The notes: generated from the sequence alone by a model not told the origin. DNA of 64,000 bases from Bacteroidota bacterium (GCA_018830105.1 JAHJTC010000014.1:107716-171715), one strand, 5' to 3'; numbered from the stretch's first letter, positions 28,603 through 38,341 are shown. Numbers and translations are program-made.

Positions 28603-29343
28603 CTAGGTTTCTCGCTGTTTAAAAAACTGTTCGATCTCCTCAATTTGGCTCTTCTTGCCTAAATCGAACCAAAAACCTGTTTTGATTGGTTTTGATCTGA
28701 TCTGTTGATGCCTTGCCAAATTCAGATAAAGGTCAATTATACTGGTTTTTCTGACGGGTAAACCGGCAAGTAGTGCAGGTTTTAAAAGGTGAATACCACT
28801 GAATGAAAACTCCTGATAGTCTTTGGTCGGTTTGTCGACCCATTTGTAGCTTTCTATGCGCTTGTCTTTCCATCCGCACAGCTGTTCAAAGGGATCAAAA
28901 AGCAATTGGCGATTGCTCACTCGTTTCTGTGTGAGCAGCCAGGCCATTGCCTCATCACCTTCAAAATCATTAATGATCGATGCGATGTTTAAATCACTGA
29001 TAATATCTACGTTATGTATCAAAACCGATTGGCTGTCAATGAAATAATCCCGGGCTTTTAAAATGCCGCCTCCTGTGTCTAAAAGTTCGTTGCTCTCATC
29101 GGAAATGTAAAGATCAAGCGCGCTAAACTTTGGTTGATTCAGAAATTGGATGACTTGTTCAGCAAAGTGATGTACGTTGACAATGATCGTTGAAACACCG
29201 GCAGCCAATACTTGATTTATCGCCCGTTCGAGCAGCGTTATACCATTAATTTCGAGCAGTGCTTTGGGCCTGGCAGCAGTCAGGATTTCTAAACGAGTGC
29301 CTTTGCCCGCTGCCAATATCATTGCAGTGCGCTTTTTTTTCAT
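28603..29343 (-). CDS. murU: sugar-1-phosphate nucleotidylyltransferase, MurU-like (MurNAc-1-P uridylyltransferase)
   Basis: 246 aa with the N-terminal ILAAGKGTRL motif, a short single-domain NTP-transferase. Lies directly downstream of an AmgK-type kinase, as in the AmgK-MurU recycling pathway. Confidence 0.7.
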   Translation of the reverse strand: MKKKRTAMILAAGKGTRLEILTAARPKALLEINGITLLERAINQVLAAGVSTIIVNVHHFAEQVIQFLNQPKFSALDLYISDESNELLDTGGGILKARDYFIDSQSVLIHNVDIISDLNIASIINDFEGDEAMAWLLTQKRVSNRQLLFDPFEQLCGWKDKRIESYKWVDKPTKDYQEFSFSGIHLLKPALLAGLPVRKTSIIDLYLNLARHQQIRSKPIKTGFWFDLGKKSQIEEIEQFFKQRET

Positions 29344-29468
29344 TTAGGTTGTTTTTCGGCCTTACACAAACGGCTGGTTTTGTTTGAAGTCTGTTTGCAT
29401 TTCAGGCAAAAATACCGTTTATCTTTGTTGATGACCTTTTTATCACTTTTACATTTTTTGTCACTCAT
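29340..29468 (-). CDS. 42-aa Lys-rich, 4-Cys mini-protein (MSDKKCKSDKKVINKDKRYFCLKCKQTSNKTSRLCKAEKQPK)
   Basis: It fills the 117-nt gap between the kinase and murU. Its ATG (29468-29466) overlaps the kinase stop region (ATGAGTGA). Its TGA overlaps the murU ATG (ATGA). Cys spacing is CX14CX2CX10C. Confidence 0.45.
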   Translation of the reverse strand: MSDKKCKSDKKVINKDKRYFCLKCKQTSNKTSRLCKAEKQPK

Positions 29469-30918
29469 GATTAAAATGTTGCTCTTTATGAACACAATTA
29501 ACAAGCAGACTGGGGTATTTTGTTCGGAGATACTGGCTGATTTTATCGGCGCAGTAAACCGATCGATGCTGTCCGCCCGTGCAACCAAAATTAATCATTA
29601 AGTGCTTAAAATCCCGCTTCGTATAATTTTCCACACTTTGCGATACAATAGCCTTAACATTGTTTAAAAACTGATCTACTTCCGGATGGGCTTCTAAAAA
29701 CCGGATTACTTCCGGGTCTCTGCCGGTGAGCATTTTATATTTAGCTTCCCGGCCGGGATTCGGCAAATGCCGGCAATCAAAAACAAAGCCGCCTCCGTTG
29801 CCTGTCAGGTCATCGGGTATGCCGCCCTTTTTATAGGAAAAACTATTGATGCTCAGCAGAAAAGGCGCAAAAGGTGTTTTTTCAATGATAGGGTACTGTG
29901 TTTTTAACTTGCCCAATTGCAAAAAAACGCCTTTTAAACTAACCAATGGCAAGGGGATATCATAATTCGCCGGTAGGCCGTTTAAGGCATGGATGGCATA
30001 AGGAATACTTTCAATAAAGTGTTTCTTTTTCTGTATTAACCCCCTGTAACCATAAGCTCCCATCACTTGCATCAATCGCAGGTAAACAAAAGCCGGATAA
30101 TAGTAATTGAATTGAATATATTTCGGATCGATATAGTGGGCGAGTTTTTTTTGATAAAAATTCAACAGATGTTCTTTCACAGCTTCAGGAATACGGGCCT
30201 TAACCTGAAAAAGCAAGGAAACCACATCATATTGCAGCGGGCCTTTTCGGCCACCTTGAAAATCGATAAAGTTTGTTTTCCCTTCATGGATCATGATATT
30301 TCTCGATTGGAAATCGCGATACATAAAAAAATCGGCAGGGGCTTGCGCAATAAACTGAGCCAATTTGGCGAAATCATGATCCAATTCAGCTTCGTTATAG
30401 ATGATGTCTTTCTGGAGTTTTAGAAAGTAGTACTTGAAATAATACAGATCGTCTAAAATGGCTTTATAATCAAAACTACCCGCAGGATAAGCTTTGCTGT
30501 AATCGAGGTTTGTGTGGCCTTCAAACTGAAATTTGAGCAGATTTGTTAATGCTTCTTCATAGTAATCGACCAGCATAGGATGAAAATCACCTTGCTGCCA
30601 GGCATTTTGAACCAGCGTAAACAGGCTGGTATCGCCAAAATCTGTTTGCAAATACGCACTAAAATCGTATGAAACGGCAATTATTTCCGGAACGGCAAGA
30701 CCTGCTTTTTTGAAGTGTTTTGCGAAGCTCACAAAAGCGTGGTTTTCTTCTACGATGGTGTGATAAGTGCCGATATAGCTTTTGTTGCCGGATCTTAGTC
30801 TGTAATATTGTCGTGCCGAACCAGATTCGGCAAGCGGGCTGATGCTGTCAGGAACATCGCCGGTAGCCGAACGAAACAATTGTTCAAACATTTTGGCTTG
30901 TTCCTTAATGTTTTGCAT
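29461..30918 (-). CDS. AmgK-like anomeric MurNAc/GlcNAc kinase (APH fold) fused to a RapZ C-terminal-like domain
   Basis: The N-terminal ~330 aa carry GSARQYYRL, YRDFQSRNIMI and IDFQGGRKGPLQYDVVSLL (AmgK/APH catalytic motifs). The C-terminal ~145 aa, SFSYKKGGIP..FVFDCRHLPNP..LTGRDPEVIRFL..INFGCTGGQHRSVYCADKISQYL, align to RapZ/YvcJ CTD (SFGFKYGIP..FDVRFLPNP..LTG.D..V..FL..IGCTGGKHRSVY). Confidence 0.8.
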   Translation of the reverse strand: MQNIKEQAKMFEQLFRSATGDVPDSISPLAESGSARQYYRLRSGNKSYIGTYHTIVEENHAFVSFAKHFKKAGLAVPEIIAVSYDFSAYLQTDFGDTSLFTLVQNAWQQGDFHPMLVDYYEEALTNLLKFQFEGHTNLDYSKAYPAGSFDYKAILDDLYYFKYYFLKLQKDIIYNEAELDHDFAKLAQFIAQAPADFFMYRDFQSRNIMIHEGKTNFIDFQGGRKGPLQYDVVSLLFQVKARIPEAVKEHLLNFYQKKLAHYIDPKYIQFNYYYPAFVYLRLMQVMGAYGYRGLIQKKKHFIESIPYAIHALNGLPANYDIPLPLVSLKGVFLQLGKLKTQYPIIEKTPFAPFLLSINSFSYKKGGIPDDLTGNGGGFVFDCRHLPNPGREAKYKMLTGRDPEVIRFLEAHPEVDQFLNNVKAIVSQSVENYTKRDFKHLMINFGCTGGQHRSVYCADKISQYLRTKYPSLLVNCVHKEQHFNHE

Positions 30919-31044
30919 AAATATCTATTTTTTTTCAGTTAGTTTCTGTTCATCCCGAAACAGGGCAGCTAAACTAAACATTTTTTTTGAACAGCTTTGT
31001 GCAAAAATAGCCTTATAAATGATCAGTGCGAAAGGATAAATTTG

Positions 31045-31052
31045 TAACTTTG
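31045..31052 (+). promoter_or_regulatory. candidate -7 promoter box (TAACTTTG)
   Basis: Matches TAnnTTTG, 30 nt upstream of the ATG at 31083. Confidence 0.35.
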
Positions 31053-31082
31053 GCTTCTTGAAACAAATAAAAAATCTGCACT

Positions 31083-31589
31083 ATGGAAACTGGAAAATCA
31101 GCTACTGACATTTTAAAAACTGCCATTTTATTAGAACGAAGAGGCAAAGCCTTTTACACACAAATTGCACGTCAAACAGAAAGTAAATCAGCCCGGAAAA
31201 TATTTGAAATGATGGCTGAAGAAGAAGATGAACATGTGGCTTTTTTGTCCAAACAGTATGCCTATTACACTAAAAACAACGCTTTTATGAAGAATGAACT
31301 TCATGAAGAAGTTGACGATACGGATGCGGTAAAGATTTTATCAGAGGAGATTAAGAAAGAAATTTCTGCTGCCAGTTTTGAAGCAGCCGCTATTTCTGCT
31401 GCCATCGACTTTGAAAATAAAGCCATTGAGGTGTATTCCAGTCGCGCCAAAGAAGCTACTGATGAAAACGAGAAAGAGATGTATCAAATGCTTGCCGATT
31501 GGGAGAAGACCCACCACACTTTGCTCCACCGTTTGAATGAAGACCTGAAGGAACAAATTTGGAACGATAATCAGTTTTGGCCATTTTAG
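31083..31589 (+). CDS. ferritin-like / rubrerythrin-family diiron protein (no rubredoxin domain)
   Basis: 168 aa. Two ExxH-type segments (EEEDEHVAFL; ADWEKTHHTLL) in a four-helix-like repeat. Confidence 0.75.
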   Translation: METGKSATDILKTAILLERRGKAFYTQIARQTESKSARKIFEMMAEEEDEHVAFLSKQYAYYTKNNAFMKNELHEEVDDTDAVKILSEEIKKEISAASFEAAAISAAIDFENKAIEVYSSRAKEATDENEKEMYQMLADWEKTHHTLLHRLNEDLKEQIWNDNQFWPF

Positions 31590-31606
31590 GCAAAATTATA
31601 ATCACT

Positions 31607-31630
31607 AGCCGGCGAAAAGCCGGTTTTTTA
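31607..31630 (+). terminator. intrinsic terminator
   Basis: CCGGC-GAAAA-GCCGG followed by TTTTTT, 18 nt after the stop codon. Confidence 0.6.
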
Positions 31631-31661
31631 TTTACTTACGTTTTTAAAATCAATTGATATC

Positions 31662-32843
31662 ATGCAAGACGAAAATTTGGGATTTAACTCAAAGGCAGTC
31701 CATGCCGGAGGTTTTGAAGATCCCCTGGGAAGTGCGGTAACTCCTATTTACCAGACTTCAACATTCAAGTTTGAAACTGCCGATCACGGAGCAAAATGCT
31801 TCTCGGGCGAAGAGGATGGCTACATCTATACGCGTATCGGAAATCCTACCATTGAGGAATTGGAAAATGCCGTATCAGCACTCGAAGGAGGATACCGTGG
31901 AATTGCCACGAGCTCCGGAATGGCTGCAGTTAACACGGTGTATCTGGCTTACCTTGGTGCCGGTAAGCATTTGGTGGCACATAATTCGCTTTATGGGCCT
32001 TCGCGAGCCATTATGGAATCCTTGTATCCAAAATATGGCGTCGAATCAAGCTTTATTGATGCTACTGATCCCGAAAATGTAAGGAAAGCCATTAAGCCGA
32101 ATACAAGCTTGATATATCTTGAAACACCGGCAAATCCTACAATTGGAATTACCGATATTGCTGAAATCTGTAAGATTGCCCACGAACATAATATCCCTGT
32201 TTGTGTGGACAATACTTTTTGTAGTCCTTACTTGCAAAAGCCCCTGGAGCTTGGTGCTGATATTGTACTCCATTCCATGACAAAGTTTATCAACGGCCAT
32301 GCAGATATTGTTGCAGGTATGGTGATTGCTAAGGACGAAAAGCATTATAAACTGATGCGTCCGGTGATGGTAAATATGGGTTTCAATATGGATCCACATC
32401 AGGCTTGGCTTACCCGCCGGGGGTTGAAAACATTAGGAATTCGCATTGACAGGGCGCAGCAAAATGCGCAAAAAGTTGCTGAATTTCTAGAAAATCACCC
32501 AAAAGTTGAATGGGTGCTTTATCCGGGTTTGGCTTCTCATCCACAATATGAGCTGGCTCAAAAGCAGATGAAAGGCCCTGGAGCGATGATCAGCTTTGGC
32601 CTAAAAGGTGGCTTAGATGCAGGAAAACGCATGATGGATCATGTAAAGATGGCGCTGCTTGCTGTTTCGTTAGGCGGCATTGAGACCTTGATTCAGCATC
32701 CGGCAAGCATGACTCACTCCAAGCTTAGTAAAGAGGCTAAAGATGCGGCAGGTATCTCTGATGGATTGGTTCGTCTGGCCGTTGGTATTGAAGATTTAGA
32801 GGATATTATAGCAGATATGAAGCAAGCCTTAAATAACGTTTAA
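31662..32843 (+). CDS. PLP-dependent Cys/Met-metabolism enzyme, methionine gamma-lyase-like
   Basis: 393 aa with YTRIGNPT and HSMTKFINGHADIVAG (PLP lysine). The family call is firm. The choice of gamma-lyase over sulfhydrylase or cystathionine enzymes is inferred from resemblance to Bacteroidota MGL. Confidence 0.85.
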   Translation: MQDENLGFNSKAVHAGGFEDPLGSAVTPIYQTSTFKFETADHGAKCFSGEEDGYIYTRIGNPTIEELENAVSALEGGYRGIATSSGMAAVNTVYLAYLGAGKHLVAHNSLYGPSRAIMESLYPKYGVESSFIDATDPENVRKAIKPNTSLIYLETPANPTIGITDIAEICKIAHEHNIPVCVDNTFCSPYLQKPLELGADIVLHSMTKFINGHADIVAGMVIAKDEKHYKLMRPVMVNMGFNMDPHQAWLTRRGLKTLGIRIDRAQQNAQKVAEFLENHPKVEWVLYPGLASHPQYELAQKQMKGPGAMISFGLKGGLDAGKRMMDHVKMALLAVSLGGIETLIQHPASMTHSKLSKEAKDAAGISDGLVRLAVGIEDLEDIIADMKQALNNV

Positions 32844-32865
32844 GTGTTTTTTTTTGTAATATTGA

Positions 32866-32907
32866 GCCGTTGCAAAGGGATTTATTAACTTCGCAACGGC
32901 TTTTTTT
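32866..32907 (+). terminator. intrinsic terminator after the PLP enzyme, abutting the next ATG
   Basis: GCCGTTGC-(19-nt loop)-GCAACGGC followed by T7. The T-tract ends 2 nt before the ATG at 32910. Confidence 0.7.
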
Positions 32908-32909
32908 AT

Positions 32910-35201
32910 ATGAACAACAACCTGCTAAAATCGACTTTAATTGCAGCTTTGATGATGATTGCTTTGCAGGCATCAGCACAAAGTGTAGCCCTTGTTTTAA
33001 GCGGTGGTGGCGCCAAAGGGCTTAGCCATGTTGGTGTACTCAGAGCGCTGGAAGAAAATAATATTCCCATCGATTATGTAGTAGGGAATTCTATGGGTGC
33101 AATCATTGGTGGTTTGTATGCCAGCGGCTATTCTCCCAAAGAAATAGAAGCGTTCGTAAAGAGTAGAGATTTTAAGGAATGGGTTACCGGCAGGCTGAAT
33201 GAACAGGATTTTTCAAACGATCTGGAAGATGCAAATGCCTCCTGGATTAATGTTCCGTTCAGTATCGAAAGCCGGATAGTTTCGCGCTTGCCCTCGAGTA
33301 TAATTTCCAGTTTTTTGATGGATTATGCCGTGATGGAAGTTTTTGCAGGGCCATCGGCTGTCGCCAGCTATGACTTTGATAGTTTGTTCGTTCCATTCCG
33401 CTGTGTGGCGTCAGACATTGATTCTTCTCAATTGGTGGTTTTGCGCGAAGGACAGTTAGGCACTGCCATAAGGGCTTCGGCAACTTTTCCGCTGCTTATC
33501 CGACCCGTTAAAATTGATGGAAAACTGCTATTTGATGGTGGAATGTATAACAATTTCCCTGTTGATATCGCTGAATCTGAGTTTGCGCCTGATCTTATTA
33601 TCGGCAGTAAGGCTGTCGGAAATTATGATGCTCCCAGACAGAACGACATCCTTTCGCAACTTCAGAATATGTTGATGAGAAAAGCAGATTATACGGTGCC
33701 CGGAGAAAATGGGATACTTATTGAATCGAAAATGGGACCTGCGGGTGTTTTGGATTTTAGCCGCATAGATACCTATATAGATAGTGGATATAATGCAGCA
33801 CTACGCCAAATACCTGCACTTGAAACTAAGTTGCAGCGAAGGATGAGCACTGATAGTCTTGCTGCCGAAAGGATGAAGTTTCGTTCAAAAATTGCCAAGC
33901 TGAATATTGGACAGGTAAATGTTTTTGGGGTGAATAAAAAACAGGCTGGGTACATCAAAAATAAATTTAATTTTAAAAACCGATACAGCAGACTCGATAC
34001 CCTGAAAGCGGCTTATATGAGTTTGCTGGCTGATGATAAAATAAGCTATATTTTCCCTGAGTTGGTCTATAACCCGCAGCAAGGTAACTTCGATCTTAAC
34101 CTTGATGTTTCGCTAGCAAAGCCATTCCTGGCCGAAGTGGGCGGAAATGTATCTTCAGCTGCTACCAATCAGGCCTTTTTAGGGCTGTATTACCGAAACC
34201 TGAGCAGCATTGGAAGTCGCTTTGGTGTTAATGCTTACTTTGGACGATTCTATTCTTCTGTTCAAGGGCTCGCCCGCTTTGATTTGCCGGGCGCTATGCC
34301 GTTTTTTCTCGAAACCAAAGCAACACTCTCCCGTAAGGATTATTTTAGAAATGCCACCTATTTTTTTGAGGATCCAACGCCGGCATTTCTGATTAACGAT
34401 GAAACCTTTCTGCAGCTGGAAGTGGGGCATTTGATTGGAAAAAACAGAAAAGTGAATATTGGTTTTGCAGCTGGAAGACGCGGGTTTGAATATTATCAAA
34501 CCAATGTTTTTGGTCGAAATGATACTTCCGATGTGAATCAGTTTGATTTTTTACGGCCACAAATTCGATTCGAGTATAACTCACTCAACAGAAAGTACTT
34601 TTCTTCAGCAGGAATGAATTGGAAAATACAGGTCTCAATTTATGATGGCACCCAAAAAAATATCCCCGGCACGGAGGCAAACAAGTCTTTTATCGAAGAT
34701 CGGAGACAAACTTTTTTCAGACTTAAGTTACACTACGACAACTATTTCGCACATGCGGGAAACTGGCATTTTGGACTACTTACAGAGGCCATGATAACAA
34801 ATCAGCCTTTGCTGAGCAATTACACAGCAACAGTTTTATCAGCACCTGTTTTCGAACCGGTTTCCGAAATGAAGGCCATGTTTTTGGATAACTATCGTGC
34901 GTTTAGTTATTTAGCAGGTGGATTGAAGTTTATTTATAGTCCTGCCCGAAATATTGACATCCGAATGGAAGGCTATGTTTTTCAGCCATATCAGCGTATT
35001 TTAGATCAGGGACCTTATGAGCAACCCAAGTTTGGCAGTAAATTTAGCGATCAATTCTATACTTTTTCATCACGTGTGGTTATTCATACACCATTGGGGC
35101 CATTGAGTGCTTCACTTAACTATTTTGATAAGTCGGACAATCATTTTTCTGCAGTTGTAAGTTTTGGATATCTGATATTTAACCGTTCAGCTTTTGAATA
35201 A
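32910..35201 (+). CDS. patatin-like phospholipase with C-terminal Omp85/BamA-like beta-barrel (PlpD-like architecture)
   Basis: 763 aa. Signal peptide, GGGAKG oxyanion motif, GNSMGA nucleophile elbow, DGG catalytic Asp, and a long beta-rich C-terminus ending in F. Confidence 0.88.
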   Translation: MNNNLLKSTLIAALMMIALQASAQSVALVLSGGGAKGLSHVGVLRALEENNIPIDYVVGNSMGAIIGGLYASGYSPKEIEAFVKSRDFKEWVTGRLNEQDFSNDLEDANASWINVPFSIESRIVSRLPSSIISSFLMDYAVMEVFAGPSAVASYDFDSLFVPFRCVASDIDSSQLVVLREGQLGTAIRASATFPLLIRPVKIDGKLLFDGGMYNNFPVDIAESEFAPDLIIGSKAVGNYDAPRQNDILSQLQNMLMRKADYTVPGENGILIESKMGPAGVLDFSRIDTYIDSGYNAALRQIPALETKLQRRMSTDSLAAERMKFRSKIAKLNIGQVNVFGVNKKQAGYIKNKFNFKNRYSRLDTLKAAYMSLLADDKISYIFPELVYNPQQGNFDLNLDVSLAKPFLAEVGGNVSSAATNQAFLGLYYRNLSSIGSRFGVNAYFGRFYSSVQGLARFDLPGAMPFFLETKATLSRKDYFRNATYFFEDPTPAFLINDETFLQLEVGHLIGKNRKVNIGFAAGRRGFEYYQTNVFGRNDTSDVNQFDFLRPQIRFEYNSLNRKYFSSAGMNWKIQVSIYDGTQKNIPGTEANKSFIEDRRQTFFRLKLHYDNYFAHAGNWHFGLLTEAMITNQPLLSNYTATVLSAPVFEPVSEMKAMFLDNYRAFSYLAGGLKFIYSPARNIDIRMEGYVFQPYQRILDQGPYEQPKFGSKFSDQFYTFSSRVVIHTPLGPLSASLNYFDKSDNHFSAVVSFGYLIFNRSAFE

Positions 35202-35271
35202 AATTTGTTGGTTTTTAGCATGGATTAAACCAAACAGTGAAATACCTGTTTAGTTACTTAGATTTAACGGA

Positions 35272-37581
35272 ATGGATATTTTTACAGCAATACTTTTATT
35301 ATTTCTGTTGGCAGCGGTGGCGCCTTTTATCAACGCTTCCTTTCCACGTATTTCCGGCTGGATTTTGTCATTGCCTCCGATTGGTATTTTTCTCTGGCTA
35401 TTAAGCCTTGTGCAAGGGGTCTCTCAGGGTGAAATTCACGCTTTTGCCATTGAATGGTTGCCGGCACTTGGCATCAATCTTATGTTCAGGCTGGATGGGT
35501 TGTCCCTGCTTTTTGCCCTATTGGTCACAGGAATAGGTGGTCTCATCATGATTTATGCTGGATATTATATGCGCAGTTACCAAAAGACAAATCGTTTTTT
35601 TGGTTACCTGGTGTTTTTTATGGCTAGTATGCTTGGTTTGGTAGCGGCAAACGATTGGATCAGTCTTTTCATGTTTTGGGAGCTAACCAGCTTAAGCTCT
35701 TTTCTGCTAATTGGTTTTAAGCATGAGAAGGAGGCGGCACGAAAAGCGGCCTTGCAGGCGTTGCTGATTACCGGATTGGGTGGCTTGGCCTTGTTGGCCG
35801 GGCTGATATTGATGTCATTACCCTATCAAAGTTTTGCTTTTGATGCGGTATTTAGTAATCCTGATTTGTTTACTCAAAGCCCGCTGTTTATTCCAGCCAC
35901 TGTTCTATTGTTAATAGGAGCCTTTACGAAATCGGCTATTTTCCCGTTTCATTTTTGGTTACCCGGAGCTATGCAAGCTCCCTCGCCCGTGAGTGCCTAT
36001 TTGCACTCGGCAACAATGGTTAAAGCAGGAATTTACCTGATTGCCCGTTTGCATCCAGTCATGGAAGATCAGGCTTTTTGGACTTATTCATTGTCGTTAT
36101 TTGGAGCTTTTACGATGTTCGTGGGAGCCTGGTTTGCTGTTTCACAACAGGATATTAAAAAAATCCTGGCTTATACAACCGTCAGTGCTCTAGGAACCTT
36201 GGTTTTGCTGATCGGAACTTCTACAGCATACTCAGTCACCGCAGCTTTGGTTTTTTTACTTGTTCATGCCTTTTACAAGGCTACTTTATTTATGATGGCT
36301 GGTAATATCGAAAAGAAAACATCAACAAGGGATATCAGGCTTTTAGGAGGGTTAAGTCATTTTATGCCAATAGCAGCTTTGATCTCGATGCTCGCCTTGT
36401 TATCCATGTCCGGAATTCCGCCAATGCTGGGATTTATTGGGAAAGAACTGATGTACGAAGCCAAGCTAAATGCGCCAAAAGCGGGTAATTTTATACTTTT
36501 AATGGGCTTTTTGGCAAATGCCTTTACCGTTTTTGTGTCAGCCCGAATTGCTTTTGATGTGTTTTATGGTAAATGCAAATGGCCTGGCCAACTTCCCAAA
36601 GAACCTGCACTCTCCTTATCGACCGGGCCAGCTGTTTTGGTCATTATCAGCCTGCTTTTTGGTGTTTTTCCTAACAGTGCAGCAGTACTTCTCGAACCGG
36701 CGCTCAAATCCATTTTGCCTGCACAGACGCTGATTCATTTGAAACTATGGCATGGTTTCAACGAGATACTTTTGCTGAGTGCTTTGACTGTTTTATTAGG
36801 TGCTGTTTTGTTTGCTTTTCGAACCAAAGTGATCGCCATGGTTGGATTGTTGAATGGCAAGTATTTCAACCTGAAGTTATCAGAACGATTTTTTTTAGGA
36901 ATAGATTTATTTATTCGATTGACGAAGAAAAAAACAACATTTATACAGCATGGATACCACCGGTTTTATTTAATGACCATACTTATCACTGCTTCAGTTT
37001 TGCTTTTCTTAAGCATTTTCAAATTGTCGTTCCCCCTAGCTGAACAGCTGGAACTCAATAGTTGGACCATAATATTGCTGGCAGCAGCTGTCTTAATTAT
37101 GGTTGGAGCTATAGCTACTGTGGTAGCTCAAAGCAGGCTTGTTGCGCTGGTGTCAACGGGGATTTCAGGGATTGGAATTACAGTTATTTTCGTGCTCTTT
37201 AGTGGTGTTGATTGTGCAATTACCATGATAATGGTAGAAACCTTAACGATTGTAATTGGAGCAATGGTGGTTTATCATCTGCCCAAATACCTGAGTTTTT
37301 CCAACAAATTTGCCCGATGGCGCGATATGAGTATAGCCCTGTTATTTGGGGTGGTAATGGGAACACTTGCTTTTTTGTCGGCCAACAAAAAACCAATGGA
37401 AAAAGTTTCAGATTATTACCTCGAAAACAGCTTATCGAAAGGCTATGGAGAAAATGTTGTCAATGTTATTCTTGTTGATTTTAGAGCCTTGGATACGCTT
37501 GGAGAGATCATTGTACTGGGGCTTGCAGCGATAGGAATTGTGGCACTTCTGACGTTAAACAAAACGAAATCTAAAAATTAA
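35272..37581 (+). CDS. mrpA: Na+/H+ antiporter (Mrp/Mnh) subunit A
   Basis: 769 aa polytopic protein, NuoL-like ([25 protein letters not shown]) with a C-terminal MrpB-like extension. Confidence 0.9.
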   Translation: MDIFTAILLLFLLAAVAPFINASFPRISGWILSLPPIGIFLWLLSLVQGVSQGEIHAFAIEWLPALGINLMFRLDGLSLLFALLVTGIGGLIMIYAGYYMRSYQKTNRFFGYLVFFMASMLGLVAANDWISLFMFWELTSLSSFLLIGFKHEKEAARKAALQALLITGLGGLALLAGLILMSLPYQSFAFDAVFSNPDLFTQSPLFIPATVLLLIGAFTKSAIFPFHFWLPGAMQAPSPVSAYLHSATMVKAGIYLIARLHPVMEDQAFWTYSLSLFGAFTMFVGAWFAVSQQDIKKILAYTTVSALGTLVLLIGTSTAYSVTAALVFLLVHAFYKATLFMMAGNIEKKTSTRDIRLLGGLSHFMPIAALISMLALLSMSGIPPMLGFIGKELMYEAKLNAPKAGNFILLMGFLANAFTVFVSARIAFDVFYGKCKWPGQLPKEPALSLSTGPAVLVIISLLFGVFPNSAAVLLEPALKSILPAQTLIHLKLWHGFNEILLLSALTVLLGAVLFAFRTKVIAMVGLLNGKYFNLKLSERFFLGIDLFIRLTKKKTTFIQHGYHRFYLMTILITASVLLFLSIFKLSFPLAEQLELNSWTIILLAAAVLIMVGAIATVVAQSRLVALVSTGISGIGITVIFVLFSGVDCAITMIMVETLTIVIGAMVVYHLPKYLSFSNKFARWRDMSIALLFGVVMGTLAFLSANKKPMEKVSDYYLENSLSKGYGENVVNVILVDFRALDTLGEIIVLGLAAIGIVALLTLNKTKSKN

Positions 37582-38000
37582 TGGAGACAGAAATACTAAA
37601 AATAGCAGCCAAACACCTTAAGCCGTTTCTGTTGATTCTGAGCCTGTTTGTGTTTTACAGAGGGCACAATGAGCCGGGCGGAGGGTTTATTGGCGGACTC
37701 ATGGCTGGGATGGCTTTGGTGTTGTATGCTGGTGCTTTTGGTGTAGAAGAAGCTAAAAAGCTACGACTTGCGAAACCCTTGTTTTTTATTGGATTAGGCT
37801 TTGGCCTGGCTTTGATTAGCAGCCTGCTGGGCTTGTTGGTCGGGCAGGGGGGCTTTATGACGGCTGTTTGGAATCAATGGCAGTTTGCTGGTTTCTCATT
37901 GAAGCTCGGAAGTCCTTTATTGTTTGATTTGGGAGTGTATTTCGTGGTAGCCGGGATGTTGGTAAAAGTGATTTTTTCTGTAATGGAGGAGGATGTATGA
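37581..38000 (+). CDS. mrpB: Mrp antiporter subunit B
   Basis: 139 aa with [13 protein letters not shown], the MnhB motif. Confidence 0.85.
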   Translation: METEILKIAAKHLKPFLLILSLFVFYRGHNEPGGGFIGGLMAGMALVLYAGAFGVEEAKKLRLAKPLFFIGLGFGLALISSLLGLLVGQGGFMTAVWNQWQFAGFSLKLGSPLLFDLGVYFVVAGMLVKVIFSVMEEDV

Positions 38001-38341
38001 ATTTGATAATAGCTGTTTTGATTGGGTTATTATATGCAACAGGAGCCTATTTGCTGCTGCGAAGGAGTATTGTAAAGCTCGTGTTGGGTATTTTGTTTTT
38101 GAGTTATGCTACTAATTTGCTGTTGTTTTTTACCGGTGGATTAAGTTTGATGAGTCCTGCTTTTGATGATGGAAGCTATCCTGATTTGAGCCAACTTAGC
38201 GATCCGCTGCCACAAGCCCTGATCCTGACGGCCATTGTGATCGGTTTTGGCCTCGCAGCATTTAGTATGGTGCTTATTTATAGGTTTTTTAAAGAAACCG
38301 GTACGGTTGATCTGGATGAACTTTCTGATAATAAGAAATGA
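37997..38341 (+). CDS. mrpC: Mrp antiporter subunit C (NuoK-like)
   Basis: 114 aa, three TM helices, with a [16 protein letters not shown] motif. Confidence 0.88.
   Translation: MNLIIAVLIGLLYATGAYLLLRRSIVKLVLGILFLSYATNLLLFFTGGLSLMSPAFDDGSYPDLSQLSDPLPQALILTAIVIGFGLAAFSMVLIYRFFKETGTVDLDELSDNKK

Noticed and set aside
29340-29588. 82-aa version of the mini-ORF
   Set aside because: Its upstream 40 codons overlap the kinase/RapZ-like coding region in another frame. The 42-codon version is retained because it fits the intergenic gap with start/stop overlaps.
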